DNA of 63,716 nucleotides, filler included, from Guillardia theta CCMP2712 (Eukaryota; Protista; Cryptophyta): NCBI RefSeq assembly GCF_000315625.1. It is 4 parts of 4 records of this genome, joined end to end, with 100 filler letters (N's around TTAATTAATTAA, not from the genome) between each part and the next. Parts side by side here need not be neighbours in the genome. Positions count along the whole stretch, not along the records: positions 1 to 31,454 come from NW_005434467.1; positions 31,555 to 58,142 come from NW_005434551.1; 2 more parts are not named here. One strand, written 5' to 3'. The translations under genes and the position numbers were made by a program. The notes under the pieces are model-generated. The model was not told the origin of the DNA. It did not search any database and saw nothing but the letters and a program-made list of their open reading frames with translations. This document shows, piece after piece, positions 29,851-40,602 of this stretch; the first letter of the stretch is position 1, and each line of letters starts with the position of its first letter.

Positions 29851-30638
29851 GGCTGACTCTCTATATCANNNNNNNNNNNNNNNNNNNNNNNNNNNNNNNN
29901 NNNNNNNNNNNNNNNNNNNNNNNNNNNNNNNNNNNNNNNNNNNNNNNNNNNNNNNNNNNNNNNNNNNNNNNNNNNNNNNNNNNNNNNNNNNNNNNNNNNN
30001 NNNNNNNNNNNNNNNNNNNNNNNNNNNNNNNNNNNNNNNNNNNNNNNNNNNNNNNNNNNNNNNNNNNNNNNGCCTGCGTCTCTGCTGAAGCCCTTCACGC
30101 TCCCCACGGGGTCTCCGTCCCNNNNNNNNNNNNNNNNNNNNNNNNNNNNNNNNNNNNNNNNNNNNNNNNNNNNNNNNNNNNNNNNNNNNNNNNNNNNNNN
30201 NNNNNNNNNNNNNNNNNNNNNTGTCCCCCTTATGGACCCCCTTATGACCCCATATGTCGACTTGCGCTGCTTGTTACAGTGAGGCGACTGCTTGCCAACA
30301 TTTGCCGTGATTGTTTTCCTACTCAGACATTATGCACATCGACATCATCATAGTGGGAGTGAAAGGACGCAACTTGGCCAATCCACAGACGTATTCTGCT
30401 ATTCTTATCCTCCCATCACCTTGTGTATCCTTTGAGATTTTTGGTGACCATTTTCATACATTCTTTGGTATCACTTAGATCATGTTGAAGTCGGGTCTCA
30501 TGCTGTTGGACGAGCCAGCGAGATCAGCGGATACAAGTGACGAAAGATTTTCATGTCAACTCCCTCTGAGGTGTTTTCTGTCTGCAGCAATCTTGACGAC
30601 GATGCCAAAGAGACGGCCAACATTGCTTTCTCTGCTGT

Positions 30639-30910
30639 TAAAGGGGGTACGTGCAGCGAGGGAGCGAGGGGGTGCGAGGCCGGTCTAGGGAGGGGTAGGG
30701 GGTGGTACGAGGAGGGGAGAGGAGGGAGGAGGGGTGGTCCAAAAAAGAAAAGCTAATCCTACCAGCGGCTACGGGGGGAGTGTAAAACCCAAAAAAAAGA
30801 AGAAGTCTTGTTGCTGCCTTTTGTGTGCGATGGTATCTTGTGGGTATGTGTTGTTGCTGCCTTCTGTGTGAGATGGTATCTTCCGGGTATGTCTTGTTGC
30901 TGCCTTTTGT
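30639..30910. repeat. Direct repeat copy 2 running into a 43-bp tandem repeat (~2.5 copies)
   Basis: Matches 27380..27564, then TCTTGTTGCTGCCTTTTGTGTGCGATGGTATCTTGTGGGTATG-type units at 30806..30910. Confidence 0.88.
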
Positions 30911-31034
30911 GCATTTGCTGCTGATTGGCTGAGGCGGGTGGCTTTCTACTAGGGAGAGGACCAAGGGGGCTGGGCATACAGAGCTGCAGGATCTAAGGAT
31001 AGGTTGCAATCATTTCAAGATATCTGATCAAGAA

Positions 31035-31454
31035 ATGACAAGGTTGATGTCTGATGTGGAAAAAACGGCAATGAATCCTTTGATTGTGAAGTTCAACAAG
31101 ATCAATCTTGAGAACTCTTGCTTGAGTGACGTCAAGGACATCATCTTTGATAGGTACATGGAGTTATGCAAGACAGAGATCGAGGAATTCAACCGTGCCA
31201 ACTTATTGTCCTCGTACTGATCTTAACTTAACTTATTGTCCTCGTACTGATTTTAACTTAACTTTTAATTATTTTGTATGGAGATGCTCTACATGTAATG
31301 ATGTGTTTGAGCACCTCCACGCAAGAGAAACCATAGCATATCGCGATGGACGCTGGAAAGAGGAGCGACACTGCAAGAGATGTTGTGAAGAGGAGCTCGA
31401 GTTCTCATGCTGCTATTGTGGAATCATATACAATCTGTGTAATGGATATGATGA
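31035..31454 (+). pseudogene. AT-rich disrupted ORF with Cys pairs (CSTC…CKRC…CCYC), zinc-ribbon-like
   Basis: Two overlapping ORFs (31035..31220 and 31126..) meet at a 30-bp tandem duplication; intronless. Confidence 0.35.
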
Positions 31455-31498
31455 NNNNNNNNNNNNNNNNNNNNNNNNNNNNNNNNNNNNNNNNNNNN

Positions 31499-31510
31499 TT
31501 AATTAATTAA
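31499..31510. other. Scaffolding linker TTAATTAATTAA (assembly artefact; also at 58187..58198 and 62141..62152)
   Basis: Identical all-frame-stop 12-mer embedded between N runs three times. Confidence 0.95.
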
Positions 31511-31554
31511 NNNNNNNNNNNNNNNNNNNNNNNNNNNNNNNNNNNNNNNNNNNN

Positions 31555-32044
31555 GTTTTCTTCCCCTTGCCCATAATATTTCAGCATAGCCTCTTCCTTC
31601 TGGTTTTGAAGATTCTGCTCCTTCAATCCAAGCTTCTCCNNNNNNNNNNNNNNNNNNNNNNNNNNNNNNNNNNNNNNNNNNNNNNNNNNNNNNNNNNNNN
31701 NNNNNNNNNNNNNNNNNNNNNNNNNNNNNNNNNNNNNNNTCCTCGATCTGCTTTTGAAGATTCTGCTCCTTCAGTTGGATATGGTGCTGCTTGATTTTGA
31801 GCTCCTGCTTCTCCTCCTCGATCTTCTTTTGAAGGTTCTCCTCCTTGATTCTGAGCTCCTGCTTCTCCTCCTTGATCTTCTTTTGAAGGTTCTCCTCCTT
31901 GATTCTGAGCTTCTCCTTCTCCTCCTTGATCTGCTCTTGAAGCTTCTCCTCCTTGTTGTCTGAGCGCAGTCCCTTGGCCTGCTGCAACCTCTTGCTCCCA
32001 ACTGTGGACTCCTCCTTGTCGCTGCTATGTCGGCGTTTGGTCAT
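31555..32044 (-). CDS. 5' part of a second copy of the Crinkler/RHS-type coiled-coil gene (truncated by gaps)
   Basis: MTKRRHSSDKEESTVGSKRLQQAKG… is identical to the N-terminus of 37043..40018 and diverges at HHIQLKEQ vs DNLQVKEQ. Confidence 0.85.
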
Positions 32045-32631
32045 AGCGGCGCTGTGCTAGCGAAATTCCGAAAGAGCTCCTCAGAATCGTCAGGGAGGGG
32101 TTCATATTGTAGGGGCAGATTTGAAACTGAGAGATGAAATGTTCTCCTGATTCCAATCGTAGACAGTATCAGAGCGGCAAGTGCTCCATGACTGCCGGGT
32201 GGGGGTAATCGATTCACACATAGTACGGGGTTAATGGACTAGTCTAATCCGGATATATGATGGGTGGGGGTCATTTCGGAGTAGGTGGGGGTTTGCAACG
32301 ATCGCAATGGTGGCGCGTACATGGTGGGGAGGAGAGCATCCAATTTCACAGTAGCAGCACGTTGTGAGCCTGCAGAATATGTTGACGTACTCAGAACTAA
32401 ATTTGATATTCTAATCTTAAGTGAATGATATCTTGATTGTGTGTGGTACAACATTCTGTTCTCACCATTTTTTGAGACGCCAACTGCTGCAGATTTGCAT
32501 TTGGAAGTACCATGCCGGATGATTTTGGTGTGCTGACTCACTTCTGAAGCAATGTTGATCTTGTACAAATGTACCTGAAAAGGATTTATTTATTAGCAAC
32601 ATCATCTTATACGATTTCACCCATGATGATC

Positions 32632-33290
32632 TTAGTGCTCCTGTAAGCAATTTCTTCGAGACGCTGTTCCGCAGATACCAAATGGTCTCTTAAGAGGATC
32701 ATTCTTGCTACAAAGTGAACAACAGAAGGTAGTGTACAAACCCTTTCCATTGCCACTTCTACAGATCCTGCATCTCACTCTTTTCGACCGCTGTGCATTC
32801 ACCCCTTGTGTACTTTGTTGGATGAAAAATCGAGCGTGGTCGTCAACAAGCATGATCCAACGGCGCTTCTGCTTCATGACTGTCATCATCCACGCTGGTA
32901 TCTGTGCTATCCTGTCCTCCTCTTCTTGGGATCGATGAATCTGGACAACCTTGGTACGAATTTCTCATGAACACCAGATGACTGGGGACTTCTTTCGGTA
33001 GCATTCCAACACGGAAAATCTTGTCTGCATCCACTTCAATGAACCCAAGTATCGTACAGAGCATTCTGAATCTCCAGTCATGAGTTGGAACTTTTTCTTC
33101 TAGTCCCAGTCCACTCTGTCTAAGGTGATTGTGCACATCGATCACAGATGCTCCGTTGAAATATGACTTGATCATGGCCGTTCTGGAGTTGATAATCTTG
33201 TTTTTCTTCCCTGTTCCTGGCTGACCCTTCCTTCGATACCGAACTTTCAAATGGGGATCGGTTTCTTCTGTTGATCTACCATTTCCAAGT
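32632..33290 (-). mobile_element. Decayed piggyBac-like transposase, 3' part (copy A)
   Basis: SYFNGASVIDVHNHLRQSGLGLE…HDWRFRMLCTILGFIEVDA resembles the third catalytic-Asp region. A C-terminal Cys-rich domain follows (RVRCRIC…TTFCCSLC…ICGTASRRNCLQEH). Frameshift near 32840. Confidence 0.72.
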
Positions 33291-33540
33291 AATCAACCAA
33301 GTACCAATCAACCATCCAGTCGTGCAGGACGCAGGGAAGGTGGGAAGAGGAAGAGGGGAAGAGGAGGGGTGGGGAATTCAAGGAGAAATAGAGCGAAGCA
33401 GGAGAGTGTGAGAATGAAGAAGAGCAGGGAGGGAGGCAGGGAGGCAGGGAGGGAGAGGAGGCAGGGAGGAAGGGGAGGAAGGGGAGGAGGAGGGAGGAGA
33501 GATGGAGGAGCAGGAGCTAAGCTGAACGGCAGACTCACGA

Positions 33541-33609
33541 GATGGAGATGGGACGCATCTGAGCGACATAAGACGGACTGGCGAGGACTCGGGTGACTCC
33601 CTTCCTCGA

Positions 33610-33678
<69 letters not shown>

Positions 33679-34614
33679 ATCATACACGTTTCTCCTCTTG
33701 CCCCCCTTCTNNNNNNNNNNNNNNNNNNNNNNNNNNNNNNNNNNNNNNNNNNNNNNNNNNNNNNNNNNNNNNNNNNNNNNNNNNNNNNNNNNNNNNNNNN
33801 NNNNNNNNNNNNNNNNNNNNNNNNNNNNNNNNNNNNNNNNNNNNNNNNNNNNNNNNNNNNNNNNNCCTCATCTGCCCGCAGGGATTGTCATCACCAGCGT
33901 CCATCCTTACATCATCCAAAAGCTCGGGATAGAGGTGAGGACAGTCTTCTCGCTCGTTTCTTCTCTCCTCGTCTCTCGTGTTCTCATCCTTCCCCCTGCT
34001 CTCTTAGGGCGGAGATTCTCCCGTCCAGCCCGGCGATCAGATCGTCAGTGTCAACGACGTGCCATCCTGCTCCTGCTCCTGCTCCTGCTCCTTCTCCTAG
34101 TCCTAGTCCTAGTCCTAGTGCTGGCGCTGGGCTCTCCTTCGGCGCTGATTGGACTGGCAGCCGCTTGAGACAAGCTTACTGAGGAAAGCAAACAAGAAGA
34201 GCTCTGGAACTCTGAGAAAGTCCATGGTACGCTCGCTCCAGCTCCTCGTCCTCCCCTTCATTCTTTGCAGCTGCTCCTCTCTCTCGCCCCCCTCCCCCCT
34301 CTCTCTCCTCCGCTCGCTTCATCCTCGCCTCCCTTTCCTCTCTCTTCTTTCTCTTCTAGCGTCCTCCTCTACTCGCTTGTCACTCACCATGTGGTCAGGA
34401 GGGTCCCAGCACGAACGTTCCCAGCAGAAAGGTGAGCTACTGCTCAGCTGAGTCTTCCTCTGACTTGCGCGGCAGTCCATCCTCTCTGACAAGCCGTGGA
34501 TCAACCTGCTCTCAAACAAGGTGAGGAGGAGGGGATAAGGGAGGAGGATGCTGAGGGGAGTAGGGAGGTACAGGAATATGAGTATGAATACGGGGATGAA
34601 TAAATGGGGCTCCT

Positions 34615-34645
<31 letters not shown>

Positions 34646-36356
34646 ATAATGAGGAGGAGGAGGAGGAGGAGGAGGAGACGGAAATAAGGAAGAGGAGGAG
34701 GAGGAAGAATGAGGAAGAGCGAGTAGGAGTGGAAGTTACACCAGGTGGTCGCTATAGAGCAGAGAAAATGAACAGTACTACCCCCCTCCTCTCCTCTAGT
34801 ACTACCCCCCTTCTCTCCTCCTCTAGTGTCATCCCCACTTGTCCCTCCCTCTTCTGATTTCCTTTCCATTTCTTCTTTCTGCTTCCTCAGCTGCTGCTGC
34901 TGCTCCTCCTCCTCCTTCAGCTGATGCTGCTCCTTCTCCTCTCCTTCTATATCGCGTCTCCATCGATCAGATGATCGATGTCCATGCGATGAATGTCTGA
35001 ACCTTTGACTCCACAACTTTCCTTTCCCTCCTCTTCCCTTCTTCCCCTTTTTCCGTCTTTTTCCTACCTCCTCCTCTACTCTCCTCTCCTCTCCTCTCCT
35101 CTCCTCTTCTTTTCTCTTCTTTTCTCTCGTTGCAGTCATGGAGCTTGTCAACGGTCGCAAGGCTGACCCCTCAAGCGAACAGTGCGAGTTTCTGGCCCAA
35201 GAACTTGTCAAGTTGCAGGTAGAAATAAATCCCTTCCTCTTCTTCCTCTTCTTCCTCTTCCTCTCTCTCTTCTTCCTCCTCCTTCATCCTTCCTTCTCCC
35301 TCTTCCGTTCTCCGCGATGCTTCTGTCCTCCCTGCTTCTGCTGCCGTTCTTCATGTCCCTCCCCTCTGCCCTTGCTCCTCCTTGTGCTTCTTCACAGCGA
35401 CACGAGGCACTCCTCCTCCTTCCAATCTCCTCCTCCTCCGGCCTGCTCCTTCTCCTCCGGCCTGCTCCTCCTGCTCCTCCTGCTCTCCTGCCCCTTCCCT
35501 GCTCCTCCTGCTCCTCTTGCTCCTAATGCTCATCCTCCTCTCCAGCAAAATCCCGGATCAGTCGAAGACGCGAGACCTGGTGCGCGTTGGCATCGGCATC
35601 TCCTCCATCTGCTTACACCATCACGAGGTCTTCTCCGACCTTTCCTCCTGCCTGCTCATTTCTCTTCCTCGTTTTCTCTCCTCGCTCCTCTATTTGCATC
35701 CTACCTGATCATATTTCCTCGCTTCTCTTCTCTACTTCTTCTTGTCGCTCCCCTCCTCCCCGCTCTTGTCTGCCCCCTCTCGCTCACCTTTACAGCTGCT
35801 GCTGTCCTCTCGCATCTCTCACCTCTTGTGCTCTAGATCATCGCAGTCAACGACATCCCCGTTGAGGCGCTTGCTGTCGAGGTGTGTAGCCCCTTCTCCT
35901 TCTCCTTCTCCTCTTCTCTTTTTCGCTCTCTTCCACTCATTTCTCTTGCAGGAACTCCGCCTACTCGTCAAGGGACCAGCGAGCAGCTTGGTACCTCCTG
36001 TCCTGTCCTGTCCTGTCCTGTCCTCAACTCTCTTGCCCCCCATTCTCTGCTTCCTTCCTTCTCTCTCCCCTTCTTTGTTTCGTTCCTCCCCTCTCCTTCC
36101 TCTTTCTCTGCTTAATTCTTTTCCCATCCTTCTTCCTCACATGCATCGGTAGGTTCAGCTCACAGTGCAGTCGACGAGGTGGTGGGACGCGTCAAGCAAC
36201 AAGGTGAGCCAACGAGGGGCGGCAAGTGCAGCTGACGCCTAGCAGGTGATTGTGGAGAGGAGGACGCAGCAGCAGCAGCAGCAGCAGCAGAAGGATCATA
36301 GCTATAGCATCCACGTGAAAGAGTCCGAGCAAGAAATTTTCTCCAAATCGACTTGA
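33541..36356 (+). CDS. Multi-exon PDZ-domain protein
   Basis: GT-AG exons encode GIVITSVHP…, VQPGDQIVSVNDVP, VRVGIGIS, IIAVNDIPVEALAVE, ELRLLVKGPASSL, VQLTV. Stop at ~36354-36356; 5' end uncertain. Confidence 0.65.
33611..33678. repeat. (CTG)n microsatellite
   Basis: About 22 perfect CTG units. Confidence 0.95.
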
Positions 36357-36505
36357 ATAATCGAAAAGAACAACACGCTCCCCCTCCTCCTCTGCCTACC
36401 TTTAGNNNNNNNNNNNNNNNNNNNNNNNNNNNNNNNNNNNNNNNNNNNNNNNNNNNNNNNNNNNNNNNNNNNNNNNNNNNNNNNNNNNNNNNNNNNNNNN
36501 NNNNN

Positions 36506-36560
36506 GCCTGCCGTCACAGAAGGGAGCGTTGGCCGTCTGCTTGCACTGGCACAGCTTTCG
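36506..36560 (-). CDS. Exon fragment of a CDGSH iron-sulfur (NEET-type) protein
   Basis: LCQCKQTANAPFCDG matches C-x-C-x2-T-x3-P-x-C-D-G; flanked by N gaps. Confidence 0.7.
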
Positions 36561-37042
36561 NNNNNNNNNNNNNNNNNNNNNNNNNNNNNNNNNNNNNNNN
36601 NNNNNNNNNNNNNNNNNNNNNNNNNNNNNNNNNNNNNNNNNNNNNNNNNNNNNNNNNNNNNNNNNNNNNNNNNNNNNNNNNNNNNNNNNNNNNNNNNNNN
36701 NNNNNNNNNNNNNNNNNNNNNNNNNNNNNNNNNNNNNNNNNNNNNNNNNNNNNNNNNNNNNNNNNNNNNNNNNNNNNNNNNNNNNNNNNNNNNNNNGAGC
36801 TAATTCGCAATGGGACATCCTTCCTCACTCATCACGGCGTTCTCGTTGGACCGCCCTAGGAATGTCCACATTGGAGCTCTTTGTAACATATCTGTTCCCT
36901 CTCCTTCTCTCTTCGAGCAGAGCAGCAGTTATTGCTCCAGCTGGAGGAGAACAGATGCTCTATAATATGATCAAGTCGCACCGCAACAGGCCGGGCGAGG
37001 AGTCCGCGGACTCCCACCTCCTTCGCTCTCGATCTCGCGGAT

Positions 37043-40018
37043 CTACCTTCGCGGTCCTGAGTCCATCCCGACAACATTAGCATCAATCTCCTCCTGGCTG
37101 TATGCCCACCCGTACTTTCTTAAAAGTATGTCTTTGTTTTCCACATGTCTCACTGCGAACTTGTAGAGGTTCTCCTTCTTAACGATAAACACAATCCTCA
37201 CCTCCCAGTTCCCCCCTGGCTCAACGCCCAAAGAATCCAGGCACTCAGACATGTATCGCAGTTTGAGGTCATGTGTCTCCGCAATGGTCACTTGCACGAA
37301 ACACACCGACGTCTTGTTCCAGTCCACGATCACTGCATCGTAGCCTCCTTGATTCCATTTCAATGGCTTCAGGCACATCCGCGTCATCCCATTCCTCCGA
37401 GCCTCGTCGATTTCGCTTGTGTCCAGATCTTTCACAGCGTACAATTCCCAGCGGTCCCATTTCTCTGGCACGCCTGGTGGCTCTGACTCCCTCCCTGACC
37501 TGAGCAATACCTGCAGCCCTGGCTCTCGTCCTATCCGAGCAAAGAACAGCATCTCAAACAACACACCCTTAAGTGTCGGATTCGCAGCAATGCCAGAGAG
37601 CTCCTCAATCTCCCTCACAAAAGATTCTCCAAGCCTCTGTGCTAGCTCCGTGGCAACAAACCTGCTCACAGGCGTCCAGTACACTTGGCTTCCCATGCGA
37701 TACTTCCCCTGTAGCCGATTGACAAACTGGTCTGAAGTATCGCCCATGCTCATGTCAATGAGCTTCTTGTAATCAGCGACACTGTCCATCGCTTGACGAA
37801 GATCGTTGATTGCTTTCTCTGTCGTATGTTCGAACATATATCGGCATGAGCCTCCAACAATCTGAAACTTCGACTCCACCTCTCTAGACCTTTTCTCTGC
37901 TTCTGTCACATTCGATTCCAAGCTCCATTCCATCACTCCAGCCACACTCACGTAGAACAACTCGTGCCTAATGGCCTCCAGGTACTCCTCCAGTGTCCAC
38001 GAGTACACCATCAGCTCCTCTACTTTCTCATTTCTATCTTGCTCAGGTTTTTTCTTTGCTCGAGAATTCATCGATGTCGTGATTACAACCCGCCGATTGG
38101 CCCGGTCCTGGTGGAGCCACAATACACATTCAGTAAGCACAGACTCATGTGACCCCTGTTGATAACCGTCCAAGGACACGAGATACTTCTTGTCGCTCTG
38201 TGTCCATTCCCGAAGAATCCTCCTCAGCCCCTTGTCAATCTCATTGCGTGTCAGCTCAACAACTCTCAACACTCCTTGATCGACTTGTAGGACTTTGACT
38301 GGACCCCACTTCCACACCCGTACGCACATCACTCCCCATTTCTTGTCCTTGCTCAGCGATAGGAGGAAGGACATGGTTGTCATCGTCTTCCCCGTTCCTG
38401 GAGGGCCCAGGATCCAACCCAAACACCCGGCCTTGCACACCTTCTCCTCGATGAAACGCCACTGCTCATTGAAGCATTCCCTGCAGTAGAGCACCTCCTG
38501 TTTTGCTTGCCCGGAGCTGAACTGATCCACAAAGGATCCACCGAGACAGAAAAGATTGCCCCCCTCTTTGTGCCCAACTGTATCACAATTCCAAGCTATC
38601 TCTGTCCAGCAAATGCTGTCTTCCTCCTTCAATTCAAGCTTCTCCCTCTTGATTCTAAGCTTCTCCTTCTCCTCCTTGATCTGCTTTTGAAGCTTCTCCT
38701 CCTTGATTCTGAGCTCCTGCTTCTCCTCCTTGATCTGCTCTTGAAGCCTCTCCTCCTTGATTCTGAGCTTCTCCTTCTCCTCCTTGAGGGTTCCCTTCTC
38801 CTCTTCTATTCTGTTTTGCTGGTCCTCAAGCGACTTCAGGACCTCCTTCCTGTACTCCTTGTTTTCTTCCCCTTGCCCAGAATATTTTAGCATAGCCTCT
38901 TTCTTCTGGTTTTGAAGTTTCTGCTCCTTCAATTCAAGCTTCTCCTCCTTGATTCTGAGCTTCTGCTTCTCCTCCTTCAATTCAAGCTTCTCCTTCTCCT
39001 CCTTGATCTGCTTTTGAAGGTTCTCCTCCTTGATTCTGAGCTTCTCCTTCTCCTCCTTGAGGGTTCCCTTCTCCTCTTCTAGTCTGTTTTGCTGGTCCTC
39101 AAGCGACTTCAGGACCTCCTTCCTGTACTCCTTGTTTTCTTCCCCTTGCCCAGAATATTTCAGCATAGCCTCTTCCTTCTGGTTTTGAAGTTTCTGCTCC
39201 TTTATTTCAAGCTTCTCCTCCTTGATTCTAAGCTTCTGCTTCTCCTCCTTCAATTCAAGCTTCTCCTTCTCCTCCTTGATTCTGAGCTCCTGCTTCTCCT
39301 CCTTCAATTCAAGCTTCTCCTTCTCCTCCTTGAGGGTTCCCTTCTCCTCTTCTAGTCTGTTTTGCTGGTCCTCAAGCGACTTCAGGACCTCCTTCCTGTA
39401 CTCCTTGTTTTCTTCCCCTTGCCCAGAATATTTCAGCATAGCCTCTTCCTTCTGGTTTTGATGTTGCTCCTCCTTCAATTCAAGCTTCTCCTCCTTGATT
39501 CTAAGCTTCTCCTTCTCCTCCTTCAATTCAAGCTTCTTCTTCTCCTCCTTGATTCCAAGCTCCTGCTTCTCCTCCTTCAATTCAAGCTTCTCCTTCTCCT
39601 CCTTGAGGGTTCCCTTCTCCTCTTCTAGTCTGTTTTGCTGGTCCTCAAGCGACTTCAGGACCTTCCTGTACTCCTTGTTTTCTTCCCCTTGCCCAGAATA
39701 TTTTAGCATAGCCTCTTCCTTCTGGTTTTGAAGATTCTGCTCCTTCACTTGGAGATTATCCTGCTTGATTTTGAGCTCCTGCTTCTCCTCCTCGATCTTC
39801 TTTTGAAGGTTCTCCTCCTTGATTCTGAGCTCCTGCTTCTCCTCCTTGATCTTCTTTTGAAGGTTCTCCTCCTTGATTCTGAGCTTCTCCTTCTCCTCCT
39901 TGATCTGCTCTTGAAGCTTCTCCTCCTTGTTGTCTGAGCGCAGTCCCTTGGCCTGCTGCAACCTCTTGCTCCCAACTGTGGACTCCTCCTTGTCGCTGCT
40001 ATGTCGGCGTTTGGTCAT
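37043..40018 (-). CDS. Crinkler/RHS (CR)-type protein: K/E coiled-coil repeats + P-loop NTPase + restriction-endonuclease-fold domain (991 aa, intronless)
   Basis: Four QKEEAMLKYSGQGEENKEYRK…LEDQQNRLEEEKG blocks, Walker A WILGPPGTGKT, Walker B-like YLVSLDG, VGGSCRYMF, GVLFEMLFF, and C-terminal CLKPLKWNQGGYDAVIV…FVQVTIAETHDLKL. Confidence 0.85.
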   Translation of the reverse strand: MTKRRHSSDKEESTVGSKRLQQAKGLRSDNKEEKLQEQIKEEKEKLRIKEENLQKKIKEEKQELRIKEENLQKKIEEEKQELKIKQDNLQVKEQNLQNQKEEAMLKYSGQGEENKEYRKVLKSLEDQQNRLEEEKGTLKEEKEKLELKEEKQELGIKEEKKKLELKEEKEKLRIKEEKLELKEEQHQNQKEEAMLKYSGQGEENKEYRKEVLKSLEDQQNRLEEEKGTLKEEKEKLELKEEKQELRIKEEKEKLELKEEKQKLRIKEEKLEIKEQKLQNQKEEAMLKYSGQGEENKEYRKEVLKSLEDQQNRLEEEKGTLKEEKEKLRIKEENLQKQIKEEKEKLELKEEKQKLRIKEEKLELKEQKLQNQKKEAMLKYSGQGEENKEYRKEVLKSLEDQQNRIEEEKGTLKEEKEKLRIKEERLQEQIKEEKQELRIKEEKLQKQIKEEKEKLRIKREKLELKEEDSICWTEIAWNCDTVGHKEGGNLFCLGGSFVDQFSSGQAKQEVLYCRECFNEQWRFIEEKVCKAGCLGWILGPPGTGKTMTTMSFLLSLSKDKKWGVMCVRVWKWGPVKVLQVDQGVLRVVELTRNEIDKGLRRILREWTQSDKKYLVSLDGYQQGSHESVLTECVLWLHQDRANRRVVITTSMNSRAKKKPEQDRNEKVEELMVYSWTLEEYLEAIRHELFYVSVAGVMEWSLESNVTEAEKRSREVESKFQIVGGSCRYMFEHTTEKAINDLRQAMDSVADYKKLIDMSMGDTSDQFVNRLQGKYRMGSQVYWTPVSRFVATELAQRLGESFVREIEELSGIAANPTLKGVLFEMLFFARIGREPGLQVLLRSGRESEPPGVPEKWDRWELYAVKDLDTSEIDEARRNGMTRMCLKPLKWNQGGYDAVIVDWNKTSVCFVQVTIAETHDLKLRYMSECLDSLGVEPGGNWEVRIVFIVKKENLYKFAVRHVENKDILLRKYGWAYSQEEIDANVVGMDSGPRR

Positions 40019-40602
40019 AGCGGCGCTGTGCTAGCGAAATTCCGAAAGAGCTCCTCAGAATCGTCGGGGAGGGGTTCATATTGTAGGGGCAGATTTGAAA
40101 CTGAGAGATGAAATGTTCTCCTGATTCCAATCGTAGACAGTATCAGAGCGGCAAGTGCTCCATGACTGGGTGGGGGTAATCGATTCACACATAGTACGGG
40201 GTTAATGGACTAGTCTAATCCGGATATATGATGGGTGGGGGTCATTTCGGAGTAGGTGGGGGTTTGCAACGATCGCAATGGTGGCGCGTACATGGTGGGG
40301 AGGAGAGCATCCAATTTCACAGTAGCAGCACGTTGTGAGCCTGCAGAATATGTTCACGTATTGAGAACTAAATTTGATATTCTAATCTTAAGTGAATGAT
40401 ATCTTGATTGTGTGTGGTACAACATTCTGTTCTCACCATTTTTTGAGACGCCAACTGCTGCAGATTTGCATTTGGAAGTACCATGCCGGATGATTTTGGT
40501 GTGCTGACTCACTTCTGAAGCAATGTTGATCTTGTACAAATGTACCTGAAAAGGATTTATTTATTAGCAACATCATCTTATACGATTTCACCCATGATGA
40601 TC

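Noticed and set aside
31499-31510. TTAATTAATTAA as a piggyBac TTAA target or a biological motif (also at 58187 and 62141)
   Set aside because: It is always embedded between N runs, so it is a scaffolding linker.
40197-40204. GGGGTTAA as a piggyBac terminus (also at ~32227)
   Set aside because: The orientation is wrong for the 3' end of the minus-strand transposase, and I found no matching TTAACCCC partner end in the window.
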